A DNA stretch of 45,484 nucleotides from an uncultured Candidatus Saccharibacteria bacterium (GTDB lineage: Bacteria > Patescibacteriota > Minisyncoccia > Phycocordibacterales > UBA12079). Position 1 is the stretch's first letter; the number at the start of each line of letters is the position of its first letter. Location of the stretch: contig CAZAKQ010000005.1 of NCBI GenBank assembly GCA_964486155.1, forward strand, positions 1-45,484. The letters run 5' to 3'. The notes under the pieces were generated by a model. The model was not told where the DNA came from and ran no database searches. It was given only the letters and a program-made list of their open reading frames with translations. A program made the position numbers and the translations under genes. Shown here in pieces: positions 11,601 through 19,916 of this stretch.

Positions 11601-11835
11601 TTGCATCAAATTCATTAGTTTTTGGTTTAATGAACTCATAATCTAAAAATTCTAATTTGAATTTTTTTCCTGAATAGTCTTCAATAGGAGAAAATTCTGA
11701 CAAAACTTCAGAAATTCCTTTATCCACAAAAGATTGATATGAAAGCAATTGAGCTTCTACCAAATTAGGAAGTTCAACATGGGATTTATTATATTTTTTA
11801 AATCGTTTTTGCTCCCTTTTTATTGATTTAGTCAT
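8677..11835 (-). CDS. rpoB: RNA polymerase beta subunit
   Basis: GTFIINGVERV, GDKLAGRHGNKG, GGQRFGEMEVWA. Confidence 0.99.
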   Translation of the reverse strand: MTKSIKREQKRFKKYNKSHVELPNLVEAQLLSYQSFVDKGISEVLSEFSPIEDYSGKKFKLEFLDYEFIKPKTNEFDAKSNKKNYQAVIKAKVKLTNKILKIEKEQEIFLTDFPMMTEHGTFIINGVERVVVPQLARSFGMFFTMQELKGGRYFGVKILPARGSWIEIETEPDGLMYVKIDRKRKFLVSTLLRVLASEGTENVADLFKDKITKEIIEKCIENDPAKNRGESFIEIHKRLRDGELTTASHAEVFVSSVFSPERYDLHKVGRYYFNKRFDKSMDKKELERSTLSIEDLVTTIEHIVKLNNSANAQPDDIDHLGSRRLKYFGEMIQQKFRVGMFQIQRNIQDRMSIIGVDATLPMQFISPRPLQARIKEFFTTNQLSQFMHQDNILSELEHLRTVSALGPGGLVRERASIEVRDVHPSHYGRLCPIQTPEGQNIGLILRLANYARVNDFGMIETPYVKVEKGQVTNKVLFLNAADEQRHNIADSSVELDSKGKIKEKLVEVRVAGKPSIVNKNKVDFIDVSSKQPFSVATSMIPFINNDDANRALMGSNMQKQSVPCIKPDAPLVATGIEERAARATGRLIVAKENGIVSYVDAKMIKVKNSAGKEVEYPLVSFMRTNNFSALSNRPSVDLNQKVKKGDILADCSSTDNGQIAVGQNILIAFMSWYGANYEDAIIISDRLVKEDKFTSVQVEEFVEDVRDTKLGEEVTTHDIPNVGEAKLKNLDEEGIIRVGSEVHTGDILVGKITPKGETQLTPEERLLRSIFGEKAQDVKDTSLRVKGGKRGFVIGVKVFSRDKGEINEPGVIKKVYVEVAQLRNISVGDKLAGRHGNKGVISKVLPREDMPYMEDGTPVDIILTPLGVPSRMNLGQILELHLGMAAKKLNYQAVVPPFAGATEKEVKDELEKAGMPRSGTIPLYDGLTGEKFNQDIAVGYMYMLKLHHMVDDKLHSRAIGPYSLINQQPLGGKAQRGGQRFGEMEVWALLGHGTAHILREVLTIKSDDIIGRSAAFDAIVKGNDIPEPNLPASFNVLLKNLRGLALDIDLKK

Positions 11836-12210
11836 AGAAAGTTTTTTCTTTTTTATACTTATGTTATACTAGTAAAAAAGTGTGTTTTGTGTGATTTTTT
11901 ATATAGAGATTCCTCTTAATAAGTTGAATCTATATTAACTCCTCGGCTCGGTAATTAAAAAATTTCGCTCCGCTACATTTTTTAATTACTCTCGCTCTAT
12001 GTCGTTAATAAAAAATAGATATACATATAACACCAAAAGCGCTATACCAAAATGTTTTGGATAGACTTTTAAATTTATAATAAAATAGCTTTTGTCTTTC
12101 TATCACAACTCAATAAATACAGATAAACTCTAAAAGAATAGAATATACTATTCTATTACAATTGTCAACATATTTTATTAACATATGTGTTTAGACATTA
12201 CCCAAAACTA

Positions 12211-12239
12211 TTGACAATTATATATATTACAGGTAACAT
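12211..12239 (+). promoter_or_regulatory. sigma70-type promoter directly before a small ORF
   Basis: TTGACA 12211-16, 17 nt, TAACAT 12234-39; ATG at 12246. Confidence 0.65.
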
Positions 12240-12245
12240 TTAAAT

Positions 12246-12383
12246 ATGGATAAAAATTATTTACAAAAATTAAATACAATGAATTGTAAAGCCGTTAACA
12301 TCGGAATTCTTCCTATGTGGTTTACAAATCTATTTGTATTTAACCGTGATAATTTTAAAATAAAACTAAAAATCAACCTCTAA
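12246..12383 (+). CDS. putative leaderless small protein, 45 aa (not in ORF track)
   Basis: MDKNYLQKLNTMNCKAVNIGILPMWFTNLFVFNRDNFKIKLKINL; ATG at the predicted transcription start. Confidence 0.4.
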   Translation: MDKNYLQKLNTMNCKAVNIGILPMWFTNLFVFNRDNFKIKLKINL

Positions 12384-12495
12384 TTTTTATAACAAAAAAT
12401 CTCTTTAAAATTCTCTCGGCTAAATAAAAAGCCGAGATTTTATTTTAGCATTATTATTTGTAGAATGTTCTTTTAAAATTGAATTTATAAGGAGA

Positions 12496-13023
12496 ATGAA
12501 AATGGATACTAGAAAATTAAAAATAGAAAGTACTAATCTTTTACTTGTTTCAATTGATCTTAAATACAAAAAATATATTTTCCGTGAATTAACTTCTGAG
12601 ATTGTAGTTTGGATGTCTATAAAACCTCCTCTTATAATAGGAGAAACAATTAAATTTATAAAATCTTCTTTGGAAAAGAACAAACAAGGAATAGATTTTA
12701 TATCAGCAATAACTAATAAAAATACTGGGGAATATTTAGGTGGTTGCGGAATCCATGGAATAAATACAAAATTTCCATCATTTGGACTTTGGATAAAAAA
12801 ATCTGCTCATGGAAATGCTTATGGGAAAGAAGCTATTTTTGCATTAAAAAATTGGATTGATAAAAATCTAGAATATGAATATATTAAATATGAAGCTGTT
12901 AATTTGAATTATGCCAGCAGAAGAATTCCCGAATCTTTAAATGGAAAAGTATTTCGTGGTAGAAAATTCAAAAATGGTTATGGAAAAGAATTTGATGTAA
13001 TTGAATACAGAATTTATCCCTAA
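12496..13023 (+). CDS. GNAT N-acetyltransferase, RimJ/RimL-like
   Basis: YLGGCGI, GLWIKKSAHGNAYGKEA acetyl-CoA loop, NYASRRIPESL; AAGGAG SD. Confidence 0.9.
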   Translation: MKMDTRKLKIESTNLLLVSIDLKYKKYIFRELTSEIVVWMSIKPPLIIGETIKFIKSSLEKNKQGIDFISAITNKNTGEYLGGCGIHGINTKFPSFGLWIKKSAHGNAYGKEAIFALKNWIDKNLEYEYIKYEAVNLNYASRRIPESLNGKVFRGRKFKNGYGKEFDVIEYRIYP

Positions 13024-13034
13024 AATAACTAAAT

Positions 13035-13064
13035 AAAAAAGCGATACTCGGCATCGCTTTTTTT
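13035..13064. terminator. bidirectional intrinsic terminator
   Basis: A6-GCGATAC-TCG-GCATCGC-T7 between convergent genes. Confidence 0.8.
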
Positions 13065-13170
13065 ACTTTTTTAATTTGATTTAATTAATTTCAAATTTTC
13101 ATTTACTACACAAAACTCACAACCATGAATTTAGTGTAGTTTATTATTTAATATAATTTAATTTATTATA

Positions 13171-13214
13171 TAAATATAAAAATACCCCAGTTAACTGGGG
13201 TATTTTTATATTTA
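13171..13214. repeat. 44-bp perfect palindrome, CCAGTTAACTGG core
   Basis: TAAATATAAAAATACCCCAGTT|AACTGGGGTATTTTTATATTTA. Confidence 0.95.
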
Positions 13215-13254
13215 AAATTTAGAATTTTTAATTCTAAAATTTTTTAAAAATATT

Positions 13255-13794
13255 TTAGGAAATTTCTTCTTTTTTATCTTCAACAACTTCTTCTTTCTTT
13301 TCTTCTGTAGGAACTTCCTCCTTTGTTTCTTCAGCTGGAGCTTCTGCTTCAACTTTTTCTTCAGTAGCTTCTTCAGTTTTTTCAACTTCTTCAACTACTT
13401 CTTCTTTTGTTTCTTCGGCTTTTTCACCTTCATCTAAAGTTTCTTTTGGCGCTTTATCCTTAACTTCCTTGTCCTCCACAGCTTTAGCATCGGAGGGTTC
13501 CTCTTCAACTTCTTTTATAATTGGAGTTTTTTTAGGTAAAACATTCTTTTTCTTTGCTTTAATTATTTTTTCTGAAACTAGAATATTATGAACAGTATCT
13601 GAAACTTGAGCTCCATTTGCAATCCAATGTTTTACTCTATCAACTTTAATTTGCCTTACTTTTCTTATAGTATCGTAAAAACCTAGATTCTCCAAAAACT
13701 TACCTGATTTAGGTCCTCTACGAGAATCAATCAAAACAACCCTATATGAAGGATCATGTTTTCTACCAACTCTTTGTAATCTTATTTTTAACAT
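13255..13794 (-). CDS. rpsP: 30S ribosomal protein S16 with long acidic C-terminal tail
   Basis: MLKIRLQRVGRKHDPSYRVV...GAQVSDTV; start moved to ATG 13794, 7 nt after a TAATAT -10 box. Confidence 0.95.
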   Translation of the reverse strand: MLKIRLQRVGRKHDPSYRVVLIDSRRGPKSGKFLENLGFYDTIRKVRQIKVDRVKHWIANGAQVSDTVHNILVSEKIIKAKKKNVLPKKTPIIKEVEEEPSDAKAVEDKEVKDKAPKETLDEGEKAEETKEEVVEEVEKTEEATEEKVEAEAPAEETKEEVPTEEKKEEVVEDKKEEIS

Positions 13795-13841
13795 AGAGAA
13801 TATATTATCAGAAAATTCTTTTAATGACAAGTATAAATAAC

Positions 13842-13872
13842 AAAACAGGGCATAAAACACAGCCCTGTTTTT
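13842..13872 (-). terminator. terminator of orphan ORF 13882..14322
   Basis: AAAACAGGGC...GCCCTGTTTT inverted repeat. Confidence 0.7.
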
Positions 13873-13881
13873 CTAAAAAGA

Positions 13882-14322
13882 TTATAAAATATCATACTGG
13901 AAACCTTCCCCTTCCATAAGTGAATGAATAAATTCCTTTTTAGTTATTTTCATACACCAACGAGGAGAGAGAAGTCTTTCATATTTACAAAGTTTAAAAT
14001 CTCTAAAACATTGACAAGTCATTGTGATAATTCCTGGACAATGTGGATCTTCAGAAATATCTCCCCAATAACATACAATTATATTTCCAGGCGACTTTAA
14101 AAACATGAGTCTAGGGTTAAGAACAAGGTTTTTTAAATCGTTATAAAAACAAGTTTTTTTATCCATTAATTCCTGAAATCGCTCTTCAGCATTTGTTATA
14201 ATACTTTCTTTTAAAAAATTAGAAATTCCCTTAGGAGGATTTGCTACCACCTCCCTGCATTTCCTAGCCTCAGCGAGACTTTTTTCAAATTGTGGTAATT
14301 GCCAATCTTCATATTTAAGCAT
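13882..14322 (-). CDS. hypothetical Cys-containing protein, 146 aa
   Basis: AAGGAG SD, upstream TTGATT/TAATAT promoter, downstream terminator; CQC...C motif; no family recognised. Confidence 0.75.
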   Translation of the reverse strand: MLKYEDWQLPQFEKSLAEARKCREVVANPPKGISNFLKESIITNAEERFQELMDKKTCFYNDLKNLVLNPRLMFLKSPGNIIVCYWGDISEDPHCPGIITMTCQCFRDFKLCKYERLLSPRWCMKITKKEFIHSLMEGEGFQYDIL

Positions 14323-14391
14323 ATCAAACTCCTTATAATTTAGGTGAACAAATTATTAACTAGGTTTATATTACTCTAATATAAATAAAAA

Positions 14392-14472
14392 TCAACGGCT
14401 ACGCTCATAGCCATTGACTTGTGGCTTTATTAAGCCATTTAATATTCAAACAACTCAACGACTTGAGTTGTT
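14392..14472. repeat. ~80-bp dispersed repeat, copy 2
   Basis: homologous to 726-808. Confidence 0.85.
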
Positions 14473-14495
14473 AAATTTTCATTCCTTAATCATTT

Positions 14496-16406
14496 TTAAC
14501 TATATAAAACAAAACCTTTCGTTATTTTTTCTACTTCTGATTTTTTACCAAATACTAAAACTCCTAAATACTCTAAATCATCCATATCTTTTTCTTTTGT
14601 TTTTTCAATTACAATCTTGTCATTTATTACTTCTAACATTTCTCTAGTAAATACAACTGTATCTAAACCAACAGACTCTGCTTTATTTACTAAATCAATA
14701 ATGTCTTTATTGTTTTTAGCAATTTTTACCATTATGGCATGCTGAATATTTAATGCCAAATTTCTATTATCTTTAGTTTCTACCGAATTTTGTAAAAATA
14801 ATTCTTTGCCTTTTCTAGCTGCAAATGATGCCCCTAAGTGAGCGGATGTATTTAGTTCTTCCCAATCTTCTAAATCAGCCTCCTTATTTAAAACAACAAT
14901 AGCAATTTTAGTTTCTTTAGATTTCCCAGTTTTACTCTTATTTTCTTTCCTCATTATCGGAAAGAATACAGTATCTCTTAAATTTGGTTTTTCAGTCAGA
15001 ATAGCAACCAACCTATCTATTCCCATTCCAAATCCTGTCATTGGAGGCATTCCATGTTCCATAGCTTCAATGAAATCATTATTATAGTCCATAGTTTCAG
15101 AATCTCCAGCTGATTTTAATTCTGCTTGTTTTTCTAATAATTCTTTTTGCACCACAGGATCAACCAATTCTGCATATTGATTAGTAATCTCTGCACCAGC
15201 AATAATCAATTGGGCCACCTCAGCTGTTCCATCTTCATTTTGTATTGCCAAAGGTTTTAGAGACCTAGGATAATGAGTCACAAAAGTAGGATTTACAATT
15301 TTACCTCTTGAACTTTTCTTAAAAATAAAATCTAAAAGATTTCCATCGGAAATTTTGGTGATCTCATTTTTATCAAATCCTAATTCCAAAGCTTTCTCTT
15401 CAATATTCTCTCTACTAGCTCCCTCCGGATTTAATCCAGTATTTTCTTTTATCAAATCGTTAAATTTAACTCTCTTCCACTTAGTATCTAGATCGATCTC
15501 AACTTCTTTTTCATTAATATCTATTATTTTAAATTGCATTTTCCCTACAACTTCTTTTGCTACAGTTTTTATAATTCGTTCAGTTAATTCTAAATTGTAA
15601 TCTAAGTTCTTATAAGCTTTATACCATTCCAACATAGTAAATTCCTGCATATGAGTTGAATCAGAACCTTCATTTCTAAAATTCTTTCCAATCTCATAAA
15701 CAGCTGGATACCCTCCTGCCATAATCATTTTGAGTTCAGCTTCTAAAGAAATTCTTAAAACCATATCCATATCATAATCACTATGATGTGTTTTAAAAGT
15801 TTCCGCCATAGCCCCTGAAGCTTGATTTTGTAAAATAGGAGTTTCTACTTCCATAAAACCATCATCATTTAAAATCTCTCTTATTTTAGAAATAACTTCT
15901 GCTCTAATTTGAAATAATTTAAAAGAATCTTTGTCCATTAAAATATCTAAATATCTTTTTCTATATTTTTGCTCTACATCTTGTAACCCATGCCATTTTT
16001 CAGGAAGAGGTCGTAAAGATTTAGAGATAATTTGCCATTTAGAAATTTCAACAGATTGTTGCCCTTTTTTTGTTAAAAATAATTTTCCACTTACTTTCAC
16101 AAAATCCCCAACATCAATTACCTCTTCAAAAAAAGAAAATTGCTCATCTCCAACAACATCTTTTTTTAATACTCCTTGAAATGTTTCTGTTCCATCAAAA
16201 AAATTAAAAAATAATAAAGCTCCTTGTCCTCGCAAAGACATTATTCTTCCCACTAATTTAACCTCTAATCCTTCTTCAAATTTCTCATTAACTTCTTTAA
16301 GTGAATGAGAAAATTCCACATCAGCAGGATACGGATTTAATCCTTTTTTTTCTAATTTTCCTTTTTTCTCTAAGCGAGTTTGACGAATTTCGTCTAATGA
16401 AGCCAT
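14496..16406 (-). CDS. lysS: class II lysyl-tRNA synthetase with C-terminal DUF2000-like extension
   Basis: LRPLPEKWHGL, FMEVETPIL, NFRNEG, EFTMLEWY, GMPPMTGFGMGIDRL; about 145 extra residues after FFPIMR. Confidence 0.95.
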   Translation of the reverse strand: MASLDEIRQTRLEKKGKLEKKGLNPYPADVEFSHSLKEVNEKFEEGLEVKLVGRIMSLRGQGALLFFNFFDGTETFQGVLKKDVVGDEQFSFFEEVIDVGDFVKVSGKLFLTKKGQQSVEISKWQIISKSLRPLPEKWHGLQDVEQKYRKRYLDILMDKDSFKLFQIRAEVISKIREILNDDGFMEVETPILQNQASGAMAETFKTHHSDYDMDMVLRISLEAELKMIMAGGYPAVYEIGKNFRNEGSDSTHMQEFTMLEWYKAYKNLDYNLELTERIIKTVAKEVVGKMQFKIIDINEKEVEIDLDTKWKRVKFNDLIKENTGLNPEGASRENIEEKALELGFDKNEITKISDGNLLDFIFKKSSRGKIVNPTFVTHYPRSLKPLAIQNEDGTAEVAQLIIAGAEITNQYAELVDPVVQKELLEKQAELKSAGDSETMDYNNDFIEAMEHGMPPMTGFGMGIDRLVAILTEKPNLRDTVFFPIMRKENKSKTGKSKETKIAIVVLNKEADLEDWEELNTSAHLGASFAARKGKELFLQNSVETKDNRNLALNIQHAIMVKIAKNNKDIIDLVNKAESVGLDTVVFTREMLEVINDKIVIEKTKEKDMDDLEYLGVLVFGKKSEVEKITKGFVLYS

Positions 16407-16413
16407 AATAACT

Positions 16414-16516
16414 TAGTCGAAAGTCTGTAATGTCAAAAGTCGAAAGTCTTTTTTAGAAAAATCGCTTTGCGATTTTTCAGACTTTATAGACTTTATAGGC
16501 TTTATAGGCTTTTGAC
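16414..16516. repeat. inverted AAAGTC/GACTTT short tandem repeats around a central palindrome
   Basis: (AAAGTC)n - GAAAAATCGC TTT GCGATTTTTC (16456-16478) - (GACTTTATA)n. Confidence 0.8.
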
Positions 16517-16975
16517 TTATTTTATATCAATAATCTTGTAGTCTTGTTTTCCTTTAGGTGATTTAAAAGAAAAAGACTCTCCTTTAATTTTATCTAGCAT
16601 TGCAATCACCAAAGGAGAAGAAATTGAAATTTTTCCTTCAGCCATATTAGCTTCTTGGCTTCCGACAATAGAAAATTCTTTCTTTTCTTTTTCTCCTTTT
16701 TTTTGAACAATAACAGTGGCTCCTACTGATACTTTTGAAGAAGCCCCTTTTTTAATTATAATAGCATCATCTAAAATAGCTTGTAAGTCTTTAATTCTTT
16801 TTTCAATATTAGCTTGATCTTCTCTAGCTTGATGATATTCTGCATTCTCACTTAAATCACCTAAAGACCGAGCTTCTTTCAAATTCTGAGCAATTTCTTG
16901 CCTTCTAGTAGTTTGTAAATAATCTAATTCATCTATAAATTCTTTATGTTTTTGTTGTGATAAATATTCTGACAT
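16517..16975 (-). CDS. greA: transcription elongation factor GreA
   Basis: ARSLGDLSENAEYHQA, ISISSPL. Confidence 0.97.
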   Translation of the reverse strand: MSEYLSQQKHKEFIDELDYLQTTRRQEIAQNLKEARSLGDLSENAEYHQAREDQANIEKRIKDLQAILDDAIIIKKGASSKVSVGATVIVQKKGEKEKKEFSIVGSQEANMAEGKISISSPLVIAMLDKIKGESFSFKSPKGKQDYKIIDIK

Positions 16976-16980
16976 AATAA

Positions 16981-17166
16981 TTAGTTAAAAGTTCATAAAG
17001 TTAAAAATTAAAAGTCTTGAAAAATTGCTCCGCAATTTTTCTTACTTTATAGACTTTTGACTCTATTTAATTCTATTACAGTTTGAATATTATAGCAATT
17101 GAAAATTTATTTTACAAGTTCATATATTTTGACTTTATGGACCTTATAGATTTTATAGACTTTTGA
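16981..17166. repeat. second AAAGT/GACTTT repeat block with central palindrome
   Basis: GAAAAATTGC TCC GCAATTTTTC (17019-17041) flanked by the same repeats as 16414-16516. Confidence 0.75.
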
Positions 17167-18867
17167 CTATTTCAAGTATTCTGGTGTATTTACATTCATC
17201 CATTCCAATAATTGTCTCATTACAAATAGCCCTCCAACTGTATTTTTAACAGGTCCTTCTTCCATAATCACAACAAAAGCATATTTAGGATCATTAGAAG
17301 GGGAATATCCTAAAATCCAAGAATTAACCCTATTTTTTTTGATACCTCTTTCAGCTGTTCCAGTTTTGGCAGAGACATCGGTAAACCAAACATTTAAACC
17401 TTTAGCAGTTCCATCGCTTACAGCTAATCGCATCCCTTCTTTTACTATCTCAAAATAATCTTTATCTATATCTATTTTTTTAAAATCCCAACCTTTATCT
17501 TCTCTCTTTAATATTGTAGGTCTTAATAATTTCCCCCCATTAGCTATTACTGAAACAGCTCTTACTGCTTGAAGAGGAGTCACCTGAAAACCATACTGTC
17601 CTATAGCAGTATGATAAGTATTTCCTATTGTCCAATCTTCTCCGTTGAAAATTCTGGCTTTCCATTCTGGATTAGGAATAACCCCTCGTTCTTCAATAAA
17701 ACCTTCTATTCCTGTTTCTTCACTAAAACCAAATAATTTTATATATTCGTTTATTTTAGATATACCTAAACCAGCTTGATTTTCATAACCTCCTCCTATT
17801 GAATAAAAATAAACATCCGAAGAAACAGCTATAGCTTCTCTCATATCTGTCCAGCCATGAGCTTTCCAATCTTTGAAAATAGTTTTTAAGTTCTTAAAAT
17901 ATGGATTTTGAACAGAAATAGAACCCGAACTATATATTTTTTTATAAGGACTAATTAATTCTTCATTTAAAGCAGCTAGTGATAGAAAAGGTTTTACGAT
18001 TGATCCTGGAGTATAAAGTCCCATAGTAGATCTATTTAAAAAAGGTTTATTCTTATCTAAATTAAATTCAGCTATGCTTTTCTTATCTTCTCCATCAGAC
18101 ATTGTTTTTAAATCATACTCCGGATAAGAAACCATTGCTAAAATTTCTCCACTATTTACATCCATCATTATTCCAGAACCTCCATTAAATCCTTTTTGTT
18201 TAGCCAAATCTTCAATATAACCATATAAAGCATTCTGTATTTCGGCATCAATAGATAAAACAATACTTTCTCCACAACTAGGATCTTTTACGGAATACTC
18301 AGAAACAATATTAAATAAAGCATCTTTTTCTACTATTTTTAACCCATTTTCTCCACTCATTTTTTCATTAAAGAAATTTTCTACTCCACTTTTTCCTATA
18401 TAATTAGTTTGAAAATAATTACCTTGCTTATCTTTTAAAGGATATGAAACATACCCTAGAATATGAGCTAAACCTTTGTATTGTGAGTATTCTCTTTTAA
18501 AAAAATCTTGATTTTCTTCTTTTTGAGCTGAATTCCAAACCAATTCTTTATTATTTCTATCATAAATTATTCCTCTTTCTGAAAAAATAATTAAATGTTC
18601 TAAACGGTTATTATCTCCCTTTTCTAAAAAATTATGACCTTGATCTATTTGTAAACTTTTTATTTTAAAAGAAAACAAGATTAATATACATAAAAAAAAT
18701 AACCCTAGAAACATTATTGTTCTTCTTGAGATAGCTTTTTCTATCTGCCCTTCAAATTGAAAAGTATCAAAGTCTGGAAGATTACTAGAATCTAAAAAAA
18801 TATCATCAGGGGTTATATCTATATGATTATTTTTTTTAAAAAATATCTTTTTTAAATTTCTAAACAT
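17167..18867 (-). CDS. mrdA: penicillin-binding protein 2 (class B transpeptidase)
   Basis: N-terminal TM, RGIIYDRN, PGSIVK (SxxK), SSD (SxN/D), KTGT; in mre cluster. Confidence 0.92.
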   Translation of the reverse strand: MFRNLKKIFFKKNNHIDITPDDIFLDSSNLPDFDTFQFEGQIEKAISRRTIMFLGLFFLCILILFSFKIKSLQIDQGHNFLEKGDNNRLEHLIIFSERGIIYDRNNKELVWNSAQKEENQDFFKREYSQYKGLAHILGYVSYPLKDKQGNYFQTNYIGKSGVENFFNEKMSGENGLKIVEKDALFNIVSEYSVKDPSCGESIVLSIDAEIQNALYGYIEDLAKQKGFNGGSGIMMDVNSGEILAMVSYPEYDLKTMSDGEDKKSIAEFNLDKNKPFLNRSTMGLYTPGSIVKPFLSLAALNEELISPYKKIYSSGSISVQNPYFKNLKTIFKDWKAHGWTDMREAIAVSSDVYFYSIGGGYENQAGLGISKINEYIKLFGFSEETGIEGFIEERGVIPNPEWKARIFNGEDWTIGNTYHTAIGQYGFQVTPLQAVRAVSVIANGGKLLRPTILKREDKGWDFKKIDIDKDYFEIVKEGMRLAVSDGTAKGLNVWFTDVSAKTGTAERGIKKNRVNSWILGYSPSNDPKYAFVVIMEEGPVKNTVGGLFVMRQLLEWMNVNTPEYLK

Positions 18868-18882
18868 AATAAATATTATACC

Positions 18883-19146
18883 CTATATCCGTAATTGTTT
18901 TCTAATTAATATACTTATAACAAGAACTATTCCTGCAAAAACAAAAAATACTGGTAAATTAAAAAACAAGTCTCTTTCTGTGAAATACAAGATATCATAA
19001 ATTAAAGCCAAAAATAGCCCTTCATAAAAATTTTCTATTATGATAAAACTAGCTAAAAATAAAATAACTAAAATCCACCAAGGAAAAATAAAAATTCCTA
19101 AAAATAAAAATAATGAGGCTATCTTTCTTGTATTACTTGAACCCAT
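18883..19146 (-). CDS. small membrane protein at the mreD position
   Basis: hydrophobic 87 aa between mreC and pbp2; shorter than typical MreD. Confidence 0.65.
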   Translation of the reverse strand: MGSSNTRKIASLFLFLGIFIFPWWILVILFLASFIIIENFYEGLFLALIYDILYFTERDLFFNLPVFFVFAGIVLVISILIRKQLRI

Positions 19147-19916
19147 CTTAATTCAAAAAAGTTAACGGGACTTTTAAACAATATAGTTTCAAAAGGATCC
19201 TCTGGATTAATAATTATTTGCTCTACTAATCCTAAAATTCTTAAATCTTCTTCTGGCAAAGTAACCACATCTCCTTTTTTAATACCAGTACCTTGAGGTA
19301 GTTTTATTACAAAAACTCCGTCACCTACAGCTTCGGCTATTGTTAAGATCTTGTTAAAACCAACCGCTACTTCTATTTGCTCCCTAGGAAAAGAATATAA
19401 TTTAACCTTAGAAGTTTTGAAATAAGATTCATCTATTTCTCCTACAATAACAAAGCCCTCAACCAAAACTTTATCTCCTTTTTTGATACCTTGATGCGAT
19501 CCAATATCTAAAAGCAAAGAATTATAAGCTGATAAACCTGGTTTTAAAATAACATTAGCTAAAATAGATTTTGAATCTAAATTAGTTCTTCCTAACATTT
19601 TTTTTAATTCAATATTTTCTTTCAATAATAAATTTTGATTTATTATAAATAATTTATTTTTAAATAATTCATCTTTAAGCAAATTATTTTCTTCATTCAA
19701 TTGTTTTCTTGTAATAAAAAAAGAAAAAATTTCTTCTCCATAATCTAAAGATTTATTTTTCAAAATTATTAAAGGTTTAGAAACAAAAGTTAAAGGAATA
19801 TTTAAAAAAGCCGATTGGCCAAGACTAAACAAGTAAGCTATCAAAAGAAAAAAACCTACAAAAATTATTTTCTTTTTTAAATTATTTTTTTTATTATTCT
19901 TTAAGAGGTATACCAT
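19119..19916 (-). CDS. mreC: rod shape-determining protein MreC
   Basis: TM, coiled coil ENIELKKML, LLDIGSHQGIKKGDKV; follows mreB. Confidence 0.9.
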   Translation of the reverse strand: MVYLLKNNKKNNLKKKIIFVGFFLLIAYLFSLGQSAFLNIPLTFVSKPLIILKNKSLDYGEEIFSFFITRKQLNEENNLLKDELFKNKLFIINQNLLLKENIELKKMLGRTNLDSKSILANVILKPGLSAYNSLLLDIGSHQGIKKGDKVLVEGFVIVGEIDESYFKTSKVKLYSFPREQIEVAVGFNKILTIAEAVGDGVFVIKLPQGTGIKKGDVVTLPEEDLRILGLVEQIIINPEDPFETILFKSPVNFFELRWVQVIQER

